64,000 nt of DNA, from contig JBBIMP010000029.1 in assembly GCA_037444305.1 (NCBI GenBank), forward strand, positions 2,758 through 66,757, read 5' to 3'. Of the stretch, positions 39,600-49,802 are shown one piece after another. The translations under genes and the position numbers were made by a program. The DNA is from Acidobacteriota bacterium (GTDB taxonomy: Bacteria; Acidobacteriota; UBA6911). How positions within the stretch are numbered: position 1 is the stretch's first letter; each line of letters starts with the position of its first letter. The notes beneath the pieces were generated by a model that saw nothing but the letters and a program-made list of their open reading frames with translations, had not been told where the DNA came from and ran no database searches.

Positions 39600-42500
39600 G
39601 CAAACCCCAGGTAGCCGGGAAGCTGGCACAGGCATTCATTCACTCCAAACTGACCCCTCTCGCTCTGCTCGCAGCCATCGTGCTCGGGGCCGCGGCCGTG
39701 GTGATGCTGCCGCGCGAAGAGGAGCCGCAGATCATCGTTCCGATGATCGACATCTTCGTCGCCGTTCCGGGCGCCTCGGCCAAGGAGGTCGAAACGCGGG
39801 TCACCCGGCCGATGGAGCGCCTGCTGTGGGAGATCCCGGGAGTGGAGTACATCTACAGCACATCGTCGCCCGGGATGTCGATGGCCGTCGTCCGCTTCTA
39901 CGTGGGCGAGGACGAGGAAAAGAGCATCGTCCGGCTGAATCAGAAGATGTTCGCCAACTTCGACCTGATCCCGCCCGGAGCCTCCCAGCCGCTGATCAAG
40001 CCGCGCTCCATCGACGACGTGCCCTTCATGACGCTCACACTCTGGAGCCCGGAACTGGACGGCTATCAGCTCCGCCGCGCCGCCGCCGAACTCCGGAACG
40101 ATCTCCAGCAGATCCCGGACATTTCGGCCACAGAGCTCATCGGCGGCCAGCGCCGCCAGATGCGGGTCGAGCCCGATTCGGTCAGGATGGCCGCCTACGG
40201 CGTCAGCCCCTCCAGGCTTACAGGCGTACTCCAGATGGAAAACCGGGAAATCGACGCCGGGCGCCTCACGAGCGAAAACCGCAGCATCCCCGTCAGGCTT
40301 GGCGGCTTCCTCGAGACGGCGGATGATCTCGGGTCCCTGGTTGTGGGCGTGCATAATGGCTCGCCTGTCTACCTGCGCGACGTGGCCCGCATCGTGGACG
40401 GCCCCGAAGAGCCCAGGGACTACGTCTTCTTCGCCCCGGGCCCGGCCGCGTCCGTGAAGGGCATTTCCAGCGGGAGCGTTTCCGCCGGAGCCGGCTCCCA
40501 AGCCTCGTCGGAAGTGATCGGCGACAGCCTTTTCCCCGCGGTAACCATCTCCTTCGCCAAGCGCAAAGGGACCAATGCCGTGGAGCTGGCAAAGCAGGTG
40601 CAGCATCGCGCCGGGGAGTTTCACGCGCGCTACCTCCCTGCCTCGGTCCAGATGACGGTGACGCGCAACTACGGCGAGACCGCCGAGGAGAAGTCGAACG
40701 AGCTGCTGCTGCACATGATGATCGCCGTGATCTCGGTCACGCTGCTGATCTGGCTCGTTCTCGGCTTTCGCGAGTCCGGGGTCGTGGCGCTCGCCATCCC
40801 GATGACGTTGGCGCTGACGCTCGTGGTCTTCCTCCTGTACGGCTACACGCTCAACCGCATCACCCTTTTCGCCCTGATCTTCTCCATAGGCATCCTGGTG
40901 GACGACGCCATCGTGGTCGTGGAGAACATCGTGCGCCACCGCCGGATGCCTGGAAACAAAGGCCGGGACTTCGCGCAGGTGGCGGTGGAGGCCGTGGACG
41001 AGGTCGGCAACCCGACCATCCTCGCCACCTTCACCGTGATCGCCGCGATCCTGCCGATGGCCTTCGTCAGCGGCCTCATGGGCCCCTACATGCGGCCCAT
41101 CCCGATCGGGGCTTCCGCCGCCATGGTCTTCTCCCTGCTGGTCGCCTTCGTCATCACGCCGTGGGCCTCGGTCCGCCTGCTCCGCGGCGCGCAGCACAAG
41201 CACGGCGACGGCGAACAGGAAGACCGGACCACGCGGCTCTACCGCCGCGTCATGGGCACGCTTTTGGCCAGCGGCAAGAACCGGTGGGCCTTTCTCGGCC
41301 TGGTGGTGCTGCTGCTGGTGCTCTCCATGAGCACGGTCTATTTCAAGCTCGTGATCGTCAAGATGCTCCCCTTCGACAACAAGAGCGAGTTCCAGGTGAT
41401 CGTGGACATGCCGGAGGGGGTCAGCCTGGAAAAGACGGCGGCCGTGACGCGCGAACTCGCCGCCGGCCTGAACCAGGTGCCCGAGATCACCGACTACCAG
41501 ATCTACGTCGGCACCGCCTCCCCGTTCAACTTCAACGGCCTCGTCCGCCACTACTATCTGCGCCGCGGCGAAAACGTCGCCGACATCCAGGTAAACCTCA
41601 CGCCCAAGGGAGAACGCTCCCGGCAGAGCCACGAGATCGCGCTGCGGACACGGGAGATCCTGCAGCCGCCGGCCCAGGCAGCCGGGGCGCGCATCAAGGT
41701 CGCGGAAGTGCCGCCGGGCCCGCCCGTGCTGCAGACGCTCGTGGCCGAAATCTACGGCCCGGACTACGAAAGGCAGATCGAGCTGGCGCGGGAGATCCGC
41801 GACACGATGGACCGGACGCCGGGGGTCGTGGACGTGGACTGGTACGTGGAGGAGGAGCACTCGGAATGGACCTTCCAGGTCGACCGGCTGAAGGCTTCCC
41901 TCGCGGGAATCTCGCTTTCGGAAATCCAGCAGACGGTCGGCATGGCGCTGCACGGCGCCGGGTCGGGCCTGGCCCATCTCCCGCGCGAAGCCGAAGACGT
42001 GCCGATCGTGCTCCGGCTCCCCCTCGAGGCGCGCACCAGCATGGAAGACCTGAACGGCCTCCGGGTGCCGTCCGCCGCCGGAAAGCTTGTGCCGCTGTCC
42101 GAGCTGGGTTCCTGGCGGGAAGGAACGCGGGAGCGCAGCATCTACCACAAGAACCTCATGCCGGTGGTTTACGTCACAGCCGACGTGGCGGGGCACGAGG
42201 AGAGCCCGGTCTATCCCATTCTGAAACTGGACAAGGAGATCCGGAGCCGGGCGCTTCCCGAAGGCTACAACCTGGAAACCTACACGGCCAGCCAGCCCGC
42301 GAGCAGCGACCGGCTGGCCATGAAATGGGACGGGGAGTGGCACATCACCTACGAGGTGTTCCGCGATCTCGGGCTGGCCTTCGCCGCCGTCCTGGTCCTG
42401 ATCTACATTCTGGTGGTGGCCTGGTTCCAGGACTTCAAGACGCCTCTCGTGATCATGGCCGCAATCCCCTTTTCGCTCGTCGGCATCCTGCCCGGCCACT

Positions 42501-42856
42501 GGGCGATGGGCGCCTTTTTCACCGCCACCTCCATGATCGGTTTCATCGCGGGCGCGGGGATCGTCGTGCGCAATTCGATCATCCTGGTGGACTTCATCGA
42601 GCTCCGGCTGAAGATGGGCGACCCGCTTGACCGGGCCGTCATCGAGGCCGGCGCGGTGCGCTTCCGGCCCATGATGCTGACGGCCGCCGCCGTCGTCGTC
42701 GGGGCCGCGGTGATTCTCTTCGACCCGATCTTCCAGGGTCTGGCAATATCATTGATGGCGGGTGAGGTGGCCTCGCTCCTGCTGAGCCGCATGACCGTTC
42801 CGGTTTTGTATTACATGATGAGGAAGCGCGAACCTGCCGCGAGCGTTTCCCAATGA
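39596..42856 (+). CDS. czcA: Heavy-metal efflux RND permease (CzcA/CusA family).
   Basis: 1086 aa, 12-TM RND architecture with N-terminus [30 protein letters not shown]. The ATGA start overlaps the adaptor gene. Confidence 0.9.
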   Translation: MSKPQVAGKLAQAFIHSKLTPLALLAAIVLGAAAVVMLPREEEPQIIVPMIDIFVAVPGASAKEVETRVTRPMERLLWEIPGVEYIYSTSSPGMSMAVVRFYVGEDEEKSIVRLNQKMFANFDLIPPGASQPLIKPRSIDDVPFMTLTLWSPELDGYQLRRAAAELRNDLQQIPDISATELIGGQRRQMRVEPDSVRMAAYGVSPSRLTGVLQMENREIDAGRLTSENRSIPVRLGGFLETADDLGSLVVGVHNGSPVYLRDVARIVDGPEEPRDYVFFAPGPAASVKGISSGSVSAGAGSQASSEVIGDSLFPAVTISFAKRKGTNAVELAKQVQHRAGEFHARYLPASVQMTVTRNYGETAEEKSNELLLHMMIAVISVTLLIWLVLGFRESGVVALAIPMTLALTLVVFLLYGYTLNRITLFALIFSIGILVDDAIVVVENIVRHRRMPGNKGRDFAQVAVEAVDEVGNPTILATFTVIAAILPMAFVSGLMGPYMRPIPIGASAAMVFSLLVAFVITPWASVRLLRGAQHKHGDGEQEDRTTRLYRRVMGTLLASGKNRWAFLGLVVLLLVLSMSTVYFKLVIVKMLPFDNKSEFQVIVDMPEGVSLEKTAAVTRELAAGLNQVPEITDYQIYVGTASPFNFNGLVRHYYLRRGENVADIQVNLTPKGERSRQSHEIALRTREILQPPAQAAGARIKVAEVPPGPPVLQTLVAEIYGPDYERQIELAREIRDTMDRTPGVVDVDWYVEEEHSEWTFQVDRLKASLAGISLSEIQQTVGMALHGAGSGLAHLPREAEDVPIVLRLPLEARTSMEDLNGLRVPSAAGKLVPLSELGSWREGTRERSIYHKNLMPVVYVTADVAGHEESPVYPILKLDKEIRSRALPEGYNLETYTASQPASSDRLAMKWDGEWHITYEVFRDLGLAFAAVLVLIYILVVAWFQDFKTPLVIMAAIPFSLVGILPGHWAMGAFFTATSMIGFIAGAGIVVRNSIILVDFIELRLKMGDPLDRAVIEAGAVRFRPMMLTAAAVVVGAAVILFDPIFQGLAISLMAGEVASLLLSRMTVPVLYYMMRKREPAASVSQ

Positions 42857-42872
42857 CGAAGGAGATTTTCAA

Positions 42873-43067
42873 ATGAGCATGGAAAGATGGATAAGGCTGA
42901 TCGCGGGGAGTTTCGTCCTGGGCAGCCTGGCGCCGGCATACTGGGTGAACGTCAATTTCCTGTGGTTCACGGCTTTCGTGGGCGCGAACCTGCTGCAGTC
43001 CGCGCTCACGCGCTGGTGCCTGATGGAGGACATCCTGCACAAGCTCGGCGTCGCCCAAAAGCCGTAA
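42873..43067 (+). CDS. DUF2892 small membrane protein (YgaP C-terminal-like).
   Basis: 64 aa. RLIAGSFVLGSLA...GANLLQSALTRWCLMEDIL resembles the DUF2892 consensus with a conserved Cys. Confidence 0.55.
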   Translation: MSMERWIRLIAGSFVLGSLAPAYWVNVNFLWFTAFVGANLLQSALTRWCLMEDILHKLGVAQKP

Positions 43068-43072
43068 AAAAA

Positions 43073-43150
43073 GCGGCCACGGATTACGCGGATTACACTG
43101 TCGCTTGATTTCGTGTAATCTGTGAAATCCGTGGCTGCTGTATTTTTTTG
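43073..43150. terminator. CACGGAT-family palindromic terminator after the czc operon (T-run present).
   Basis: gcggccacggattacgcggattacac ... gtgtaatctgtgaaatccgtggctgc followed by tattttttt. Confidence 0.6.
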
Positions 43151-43203
43151 ATAATTCGGCCTCTGTGTGAGCCGCCGAGGCTGAAGCTCCCGGCGCCGAG
43201 CTG

Positions 43204-44973
43204 ATGAAGCATCCCAACCTTCGCAGTTACATCGAAACCCTGAGACGCGAAGGGGAGCTGCGCGTGGTCGAAGAGACCGTGGATCCCCACCTGGAGCTGG
43301 CGGAAGTCCAGCGGCGGACGGTGGCCCGTCAGGGGCCCGCGCTCCTGTTCACGAAGGTCGCGGGCGCCGGGTTCCCCGTTGCCACGAACCTGTTCGGCTC
43401 CAGGCGGCGCATCGACCTTGCCTTCGGCGAAGACCCTGCGCGCTTCTTCTCGAGGGTTGCGGAAGCGGCCCAGCAGCTGATGCCGCCGACGCTCGGCACC
43501 CTCTGGAGATTCCGCGACCTCGCAGTCTCGGTCCTGCGCACGGGCACGCGAAACCGCCCATCCGGCCCGGTCCTCGCCAGGGTTATGAACCCCGCGCGGC
43601 TGACCTCCCTGCCCCGCATCCAGAGCTGGCCCGGCGACGGCGGGCCGTTCCTGACGCTGCCGCTGGTCTACACCGAGCACCCGGTAACCGGGCGGTCGAA
43701 CCTCGGCATGTACCGCAACCAGATCTACGACGACACCACCGTGGGGATGCATATCCAGATCCACCGCGGCGGAGGCTTTCACCATTACGAGGCGGAGCGT
43801 CGGAACCAGGATCTGCCCGTGAACCTGTTTTTGGGCGGGCCGCCCGCGCTGATCCTCTCCGCCATCGCGCCGCTGCCGGAGAATGTCCCGGAACTGGTGC
43901 TGGCATCGCTGCTGCAGGGCGGAAAACTCGGTCTGATCCGGGCCCCGCAGGTGAGCCCGCTCCCGATTGTCGCCGAGGCGGAGTTTCTACTTGTGGGCCG
44001 GATCCCGCCCGGCCGGCGAAGACTCGAAGGCCCCTTCGGCGACCACTACGGGTACTACTCCCTGGCGCACGACTACCCGGTCATGGAGGTCTCCCGCGTC
44101 CACCACCGGGAGAACGCCATCTTCCCCGCCACCGTCGTGGGCCGCCCGCCGCAGGAGGACCACTACATCGGCGAGTACCTGCAGGAGCTTTTCGCGCCCA
44201 TCTTCCCCCTCGTCATGAACGGCGTGGAGGCTGTGTGGGCGTACGACGAGGCGGGGATGCACCCGCTGGCCGCGGCGGTCGTGAAAAACCGGTACCCGCG
44301 CGAAGCCTTCGCCGCAGCCATGCGGATCCTGGGAGAGGGGCAGCTCTCCCTGACCAAGTTCCTGATGGTCACCGACCGGAGCATGCCGCTGCGTAATTTC
44401 AGACGGCTGCTCTGCCACGTACTGGAGCGGGCCGATTTCGCATCGGACCTTTTCGTCTTTTCGAACGTCTCCCAGGACACGCTGGACTACACCACGCGCA
44501 CGATCAACGAGGGGAGCAAGGCGATCCTGCTGGGGCTGGGGGAAAAGAAATACAGCCTCGCCGAATCGCTCCACGCGGACCTGAAAAACCCGGCCTTCCG
44601 CCGGCAACGCCTGTTCGTCCCCGGGGTCCTGGTCGTGGACGGCCCCGGGTGGAGGGAGAACGACGCCGCCGTGGGGGAGCTCCTGCGCGAGGAGGCAGTC
44701 CAGCCCTTCCGCCTGGTATGCCTTGTGGACGATGCCGACGAATGCGTGAAAGACGACGGGTCGTTCCTCTGGACCGTCTTCACGCGCTTCGAACCCGCCG
44801 CGGACATCCACGCGCGGGATGCCCGTCTGCAGCGTTATCACGTGAGCCTTTCGCCGCCGGTCGTCCTGGACTGCAGGATCAAGCCCTGGTATCCGCCGGC
44901 CGTGGAACCCGACGGGGAGACGGTCGCGCGCGTGGACAGGCTCTGGCCGAAGATCTTTCCCGGGGAACAGTGA
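43204..44973 (+). CDS. UbiD-family (prenylated-FMN dependent) decarboxylase.
   Basis: MKHPNLRSYIETLRREGELRVVEETVDPHLELAEV is a typical UbiD N-terminus. 589 aa. Confidence 0.85.
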   Translation: MKHPNLRSYIETLRREGELRVVEETVDPHLELAEVQRRTVARQGPALLFTKVAGAGFPVATNLFGSRRRIDLAFGEDPARFFSRVAEAAQQLMPPTLGTLWRFRDLAVSVLRTGTRNRPSGPVLARVMNPARLTSLPRIQSWPGDGGPFLTLPLVYTEHPVTGRSNLGMYRNQIYDDTTVGMHIQIHRGGGFHHYEAERRNQDLPVNLFLGGPPALILSAIAPLPENVPELVLASLLQGGKLGLIRAPQVSPLPIVAEAEFLLVGRIPPGRRRLEGPFGDHYGYYSLAHDYPVMEVSRVHHRENAIFPATVVGRPPQEDHYIGEYLQELFAPIFPLVMNGVEAVWAYDEAGMHPLAAAVVKNRYPREAFAAAMRILGEGQLSLTKFLMVTDRSMPLRNFRRLLCHVLERADFASDLFVFSNVSQDTLDYTTRTINEGSKAILLGLGEKKYSLAESLHADLKNPAFRRQRLFVPGVLVVDGPGWRENDAAVGELLREEAVQPFRLVCLVDDADECVKDDGSFLWTVFTRFEPAADIHARDARLQRYHVSLSPPVVLDCRIKPWYPPAVEPDGETVARVDRLWPKIFPGEQ

Positions 44974-44978
44974 AATGT

Positions 44979-45060
44979 CAGCCACGGATTGCACGGATTA
45001 CACAGATTTTGTTTCCTCTCAATTCGTGTAATCCGTGCAATCCGTGGCTGGAGTTTTTTT
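44979..45060. terminator. CACGGAT-family palindromic terminator (T-run present).
   Basis: cagccacggattgcacggattacacagatt ... aattcgtgtaatccgtgcaatccgtggctgg followed by agttttttt. Confidence 0.6.
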
Positions 45061-45076
45061 GACCAGGAGGAGCGCT

Positions 45077-46522
45077 ATGGAAGCGGCTGCCAACATCCTT
45101 CAGGACATGAACCACGAAGCGTTCCGGGAGGCGATGGCGCAGGTCGGTGAGTGGATAGCGCGCTATCGGGAACGTGTGGGGGAACTGCCGGTGCTCTCGC
45201 GCGTCAAGCCCGGGGAGCTCCTGAAAGCGCTCCCCTCTTCTCCGCCCAGGCACGGCGAGCCGGTGGAAGCGTGGCTGCGCGATCTGGAAGACGTCATTTT
45301 GCCGGGGATCACGCACTGGAACCACCCGGGGTTCATGGCCTATTTCGGCATCACCTCCTCCGGACCGGGAATCCTGGGCGAGATGGTCAGCGCCGTGATC
45401 AACGGCAACGGCATGCTGTGGAAAACCTGCCCCGCGCTGACGGAGCTGGAGCAGGTCGTCCTGCGCTGGCACGCGGAAATGGCCGGCCTCCCCACCACGT
45501 GGTTCGGCATGTTCACCGACACGGCTTCCACCTCGACGCTGGTCGCCCTGGCGGCCGCGCGCGAGGCGGCCGGCCTCGGCGTGCGCGAGCGCGGGCTCTC
45601 CGGCGTTCCGCCGCTGACGATGTACTGCTCCGAGGAAGCCCACTCCTCGGTGGACAAAGCCGGCCTGGTCCTTGGGGTTGGCATGAACGGCATCCGCCGG
45701 GTTGCCGCCGACGAACGCTTCCGCATGCGCGTCGATGCGCTGGAGCAGGCCGTCGCGAGAGACCGCGCCGAAGGCCGCCACCCCTTTGCCGTAGTGGCCA
45801 CGGTCGGCACCACCTCGGCCACCGCCGTAGATCCCGTAGCCGACATCGCCGACGTCTGCCGCCGGCACAACCTCTGGCTGCACGTGGACGCGGCCTATGC
45901 GGGAAACGCCGCCGCCGTCCCCGAGCTGCGCTGGGCGCTGCGCGGCTGCGACCTCGCCGACTCCTACGTGAGCAATCCGCACAAGTGGCTCTTCGTCCCG
46001 ATCGACTGCTCAGCACTCTACACCCGCCGGCCCGAGATGCTGCGCCAGGCCTTTTCGCTCACACCCGAGTACCTGCGCACCGACGTCGCCGACGCCGTCA
46101 ATCTCATGGACTATTCGTTCCAGCTGGGAAGGCGGTTCCGGGCTCTGAAGCTCTGGTTCGTTTTCCGCCACTTCGGCGCCGAAGGGATCGCGGCGCGCAT
46201 CCGCGAACATGTCCGGCTGGGAAAGCTCTTTGCGCAGTGGGTGGATGCCACGGGCGGCCTCGAGCGCATGGCGGAAGCCGATTTTTCGGTCGTCTGCTTC
46301 CGGGCGCACCCCTCGGGCACCGACGATGAAGCCGCGCTGGAGAAATTCAACGAAGGCGTCCTGGAGAAAGTCAACGCGGGCGGAGAAGTGTACCTTTCGC
46401 ACACACGGCTCAAGGGGCGCTACTGCCTGCGCCTGGCCGTCGGGAACCTGGCGACGGACGAATCGCGCGTCCGGCGGGCCTACGAGCTCATCTGCGATGC
46501 GGCCGGCCTCCACCCGGAATGA
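45077..46522 (+). CDS. Group II pyridoxal-dependent decarboxylase (aromatic-L-amino-acid / tyrosine decarboxylase family).
   Basis: ITHWNHPGFMAYF signature and a PLP-lysine region (VSNPHKWLF). AGGAGG RBS. 481 aa. Confidence 0.8.
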   Translation: MEAAANILQDMNHEAFREAMAQVGEWIARYRERVGELPVLSRVKPGELLKALPSSPPRHGEPVEAWLRDLEDVILPGITHWNHPGFMAYFGITSSGPGILGEMVSAVINGNGMLWKTCPALTELEQVVLRWHAEMAGLPTTWFGMFTDTASTSTLVALAAAREAAGLGVRERGLSGVPPLTMYCSEEAHSSVDKAGLVLGVGMNGIRRVAADERFRMRVDALEQAVARDRAEGRHPFAVVATVGTTSATAVDPVADIADVCRRHNLWLHVDAAYAGNAAAVPELRWALRGCDLADSYVSNPHKWLFVPIDCSALYTRRPEMLRQAFSLTPEYLRTDVADAVNLMDYSFQLGRRFRALKLWFVFRHFGAEGIAARIREHVRLGKLFAQWVDATGGLERMAEADFSVVCFRAHPSGTDDEAALEKFNEGVLEKVNAGGEVYLSHTRLKGRYCLRLAVGNLATDESRVRRAYELICDAAGLHPE

Positions 46523-46533
46523 AGGAAAGCTCC

Positions 46534-46584
46534 TGCACGGAGGTCACGGAGAAATTTATTTTCTCCGTGCATCTCCGTGTGACA
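46534..46584. terminator. CACGGAG-family palindrome between the convergent decarboxylase and S9 peptidase genes.
   Basis: tgcacggaggtcacggagaaa-tttat-tttctccgtgcatctccgtgtgaca. Confidence 0.5.
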
Positions 46585-46592
46585 GAACAGCC

Positions 46593-48626
46593 CTACTTAG
46601 TCCACTGGTCGATCCAGTCCAGGACCGTCTTGTGCCAGAGCTGGCTGTTCTGCGGCTTCAGCACCCAGTGCCCCTCGTCGGGGAAATAGAGGAACTTCGA
46701 CGGCACGTCCATCAGCTGCAGCGCGGTGAACAGCTCGAAGCCCTGCGAGACCGGCACGCGGTAGTCCAGCTCGCCGTGAACCACCAGCGTGGGAGTCTTG
46801 AAGTTTTTCACGAAGTTGGACGGAGTCCACCGCTCGTACATCTCCCGGTTCGTCCACGGCCTGCCCTTGAACTCCCAGTCGGTGAACCAGAGTTCCTCGG
46901 TGGCACCGTACATGCTGATCAGGTTGTAGACGCCCGCGTGGTTCACCATGCAGCGGAACCTGTCGGTGTGGCCCAGCATCCAGCTCATCATGTAGCCGCC
47001 ATAGCTCGCGCCCGCCGCCGCCATCCGCGAGCCGTCGACATAGGGGAGCGCGGCGAAGTAGTCCACCCCCTTCATGATGTCCTCGTAGACCTTGCCGCCC
47101 CAGTCGCCGGAGATTTCATCGGTGAACTGCTGCCCGAACCCGGTGCTGCCGCGGGGATTCGGGGCGAAGACGACGTAGCCGCGGCTGGCGAACATGTGGT
47201 AGTTCCAGCGATAGGAGAAGGCGTCGTTCCACGCGCTCTGCGGACCGCCGTGCACCAGGACGACGGCCGGGTACTTCCGGTCGGCGGAGAACATGGGAGG
47301 CTTGATGATCCACGCCTGCACATCGGCGCCGCCGGCCCCCTTGTAGCGGACGTTTTCCACGGGACCGAATTCGATCCGCGAGAGCACCTGCCGGTTCACC
47401 GCCGTGAGCGGGGTGACATTCCGGCCCTCCGCATCGGAGCGGAATATCTCGAACGGGCCGGACATGCTCTGCCGGACGAAAACAAGCGTCCGGCCGTCCG
47501 GCGATACCTGGATGTCGCCGTTGTAGCTCTTCTCCACGAGCCGCACCGGGTTCCCCCCGGCGACCGCGACCTTCCAGATGGTCGAGTACCCTTCATCCCC
47601 CGCGTTGAAGTAGATCGTGCGCGAGTCCGGCGCCCAGCTGAACCCGTCCACCGAGCGGTCCAGCCCGGCCGTGATCGACTTCGAGGCGCCCGTGGCGCGG
47701 TCCAAGAGCATCAGTTCGAACCGGTCGGCTTCGAACCCGGCCCTCCTCTGGGCCCGGTAGCCGATATACTTCCCGTCGGGCGAGTACGAGGGCGAGCCAT
47801 CCCACGCCGGGTTGGGCGTGATCTTCCTGGCCTCGCCCCCCGCAACGGGAACCACCCAGAGGTCGGTGTTGGTGCTGAGCGCCTCCACCTTGTCGGTATT
47901 CCGCACAAAGCAGAGCTCTTTGCCGTCGGGGGAGAAGGCATAGTCGGTCGGCCCGCCCAGGGAGAAAGTGGGGGCGTCGAAATCCCCCGGCGTCAGGTCG
48001 CGCGCCGTTCCGCCTTCGGCCGGGACGACGAAGATGTGCGTCCGCTTGCCGTCCTTCCAGCTGTCCCAGTGCCGGTACAGCAGCCGGTCGAAGATCTTCG
48101 CCTTCACCTTCGAGGCTTCGGCATCGGCGTTTCTCTTTCTGTTGCACTCGTCGTCCGCGCAATCGGGGTAGACCTCCGAAGTGAAGGCGAGATGCTTCCC
48201 GTCGGGCGACCAGATCACGCCGTCGGCGCCGGTCGAAATCGACGTCAGCTTCGCCGCTTCGCCGCCCGCGAGATCCAGCACCCAGATCTGCGGCGAGCCG
48301 TCCCGGCTGGAAATGAACGCAAGCTTCTTTCCATCGGGCGACCAGCGGGCGTTGTTGTCCCGGCGGTCGCTGCGGGTGAGCTGCTCGGGTTCGCCTCCCG
48401 CCAGGGGCACCCGCCAGACATCGCTGTTTCCGGCATTGCGGGCGAGGTCCATCCGCGTGAGCGAGAAGGAGACCCATTGGCCGTCGGGCGATATCCGTGG
48501 ATCCCCCAGGCGCCCGAAAGCCACCATGTCGTCGAAGGAAATCGGCTGCCTGGTTTGCGCAGCCGGGGAGATGATAAAGACGGTTGACAGCAGCAGTGCA
48601 AGGCAGAACGGCTTGGCTGTTTTCAT
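46593..48626 (-). CDS. S9-family serine peptidase (prolyl oligopeptidase / acylaminoacyl-peptidase) with N-terminal TolB-like beta-propeller.
   Basis: Signal peptide MKTAKPFCLALLL. WSPDGK propeller repeats. GASYGGYM nucleophile elbow and a C-terminal Asp/His. GGAGGAG RBS. Confidence 0.85.
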   Translation of the reverse strand: MKTAKPFCLALLLSTVFIISPAAQTRQPISFDDMVAFGRLGDPRISPDGQWVSFSLTRMDLARNAGNSDVWRVPLAGGEPEQLTRSDRRDNNARWSPDGKKLAFISSRDGSPQIWVLDLAGGEAAKLTSISTGADGVIWSPDGKHLAFTSEVYPDCADDECNRKRNADAEASKVKAKIFDRLLYRHWDSWKDGKRTHIFVVPAEGGTARDLTPGDFDAPTFSLGGPTDYAFSPDGKELCFVRNTDKVEALSTNTDLWVVPVAGGEARKITPNPAWDGSPSYSPDGKYIGYRAQRRAGFEADRFELMLLDRATGASKSITAGLDRSVDGFSWAPDSRTIYFNAGDEGYSTIWKVAVAGGNPVRLVEKSYNGDIQVSPDGRTLVFVRQSMSGPFEIFRSDAEGRNVTPLTAVNRQVLSRIEFGPVENVRYKGAGGADVQAWIIKPPMFSADRKYPAVVLVHGGPQSAWNDAFSYRWNYHMFASRGYVVFAPNPRGSTGFGQQFTDEISGDWGGKVYEDIMKGVDYFAALPYVDGSRMAAAGASYGGYMMSWMLGHTDRFRCMVNHAGVYNLISMYGATEELWFTDWEFKGRPWTNREMYERWTPSNFVKNFKTPTLVVHGELDYRVPVSQGFELFTALQLMDVPSKFLYFPDEGHWVLKPQNSQLWHKTVLDWIDQWTK

Positions 48627-48755
48627 CGTTTGCTCCTCCACGTTGACCGGCACAAGGGCCGGGATGAATATGGGCAAGAGTATAGCAGGAGGGGGGGTAA
48701 AGTGTTATAACCGGTCCCGGCACAAGGTCACGGCAGGGACGCACGGAGGGATAAA

Positions 48756-49724
48756 ATGAAAGCGATTCGAGTGCACAAGAACGGAGGCCCGGAGCAGCTC
48801 AAATACGGAGAGGTTCCCACACCCGAGCCGCAGGCCGGACAGGCACGCGTGAAGATCGAGGCGGCCGGGCTCAACTACATCGATGTCTACCACCGCACCG
48901 GCCTCTATCCCGTCCCGCTCCCCTTCACCCCGGGCATGGAGGGGGCAGGCGTCGTGGACGCCGTCGGCGAAGGCGTGACCAATGTCGCCCCCGGCGACCG
49001 GGTCGCCTACGCCATGAGCCTTGGCTCATACGCGGAATCGGCGCTCGTGGACGCGTGGAAGCTCGTGAAGCTGCCCGAGGCCGTGGAATTCCAGACGGGC
49101 GCGGCCGCCATGCTTCAGGGAATGACGGCGCACTACCTCGTCCACTCTTCGTTTCCCCTGCGCAGCGGAGAAACCGCGCTCGTTCACGCTGCGGCCGGCG
49201 GCGTGGGCCTGCTTCTGGTCCAGATGGCAAAGGCAGCGGGCGCGCGCGTCATCGGCACCGTGTCCACCGAGGAAAAGGCGGCCCTGGCGCGCTCCGCGGG
49301 CGCCGACCATGTGATCCAGTACGAGGACGTCGACTTCGAGGCCGAGGTCAAGAAGATCACGGAGAACGCCGGTGTGAACGTCGTGTACGACTCGGTGGGA
49401 AAGAGCACGTTCGCGAAGAGCCTGAACTGCCTGAGGCCGCGCGGCATGATGGTGCTGTTCGGGCAGAGCAGCGGCCCCGTGGAGCCGGTCGACCTGTCGA
49501 TCCTGAACCAGAAGGGTTCGATCTACGTCACGCGGCCGAGCCTGGCGCACTACCTCGCCGGCCCGGAGGAACTGGACTGGCGTTCGGGGGATGTCCTGCA
49601 GTGGATCGCCGAGGGCAGGCTGAAGCTGCGCATCGGCCGGACCTTCGCGCTCCAGGATGCCGCCGAGGCCCACCGCGATCTCGAAGCGCGGAAAACCGCC
49701 GGCAAAGTATTGCTTATACCCTGA
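48756..49724 (+). CDS. qor: NADPH:quinone oxidoreductase (zeta-crystallin/MDR family).
   Basis: [25 protein letters not shown]...[22 protein letters not shown]. Confidence 0.85.
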   Translation: MKAIRVHKNGGPEQLKYGEVPTPEPQAGQARVKIEAAGLNYIDVYHRTGLYPVPLPFTPGMEGAGVVDAVGEGVTNVAPGDRVAYAMSLGSYAESALVDAWKLVKLPEAVEFQTGAAAMLQGMTAHYLVHSSFPLRSGETALVHAAAGGVGLLLVQMAKAAGARVIGTVSTEEKAALARSAGADHVIQYEDVDFEAEVKKITENAGVNVVYDSVGKSTFAKSLNCLRPRGMMVLFGQSSGPVEPVDLSILNQKGSIYVTRPSLAHYLAGPEELDWRSGDVLQWIAEGRLKLRIGRTFALQDAAEAHRDLEARKTAGKVLLIP

Positions 49725-49746
49725 AGGCTGCGTCCACCAAAACCTC

Positions 49747-49801
49747 GGCCACGAATTGCACGAATTTCGTGGAATTCGTGCAATTCGTGGCCGTCGTTTT
49801 T
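49747..49801. terminator. CACGAAT-variant palindromic bidirectional terminator between qor and the aminotransferase gene.
   Basis: ggccacgaattgcacgaatttcgtggaattcgtgcaattcgtggcc followed by gtcgttttt. Confidence 0.6.
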
Positions 49802-49802
49802 C

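Noticed and set aside
39488-42499. 1003-aa minus-strand ORF.
   Set aside because: It is antisense to czcA. Similar antisense artefacts are 6096-7256, 6142-7128 and 7622-9406 over nuoM/nuoL, and 55467-56546 over mutS2.
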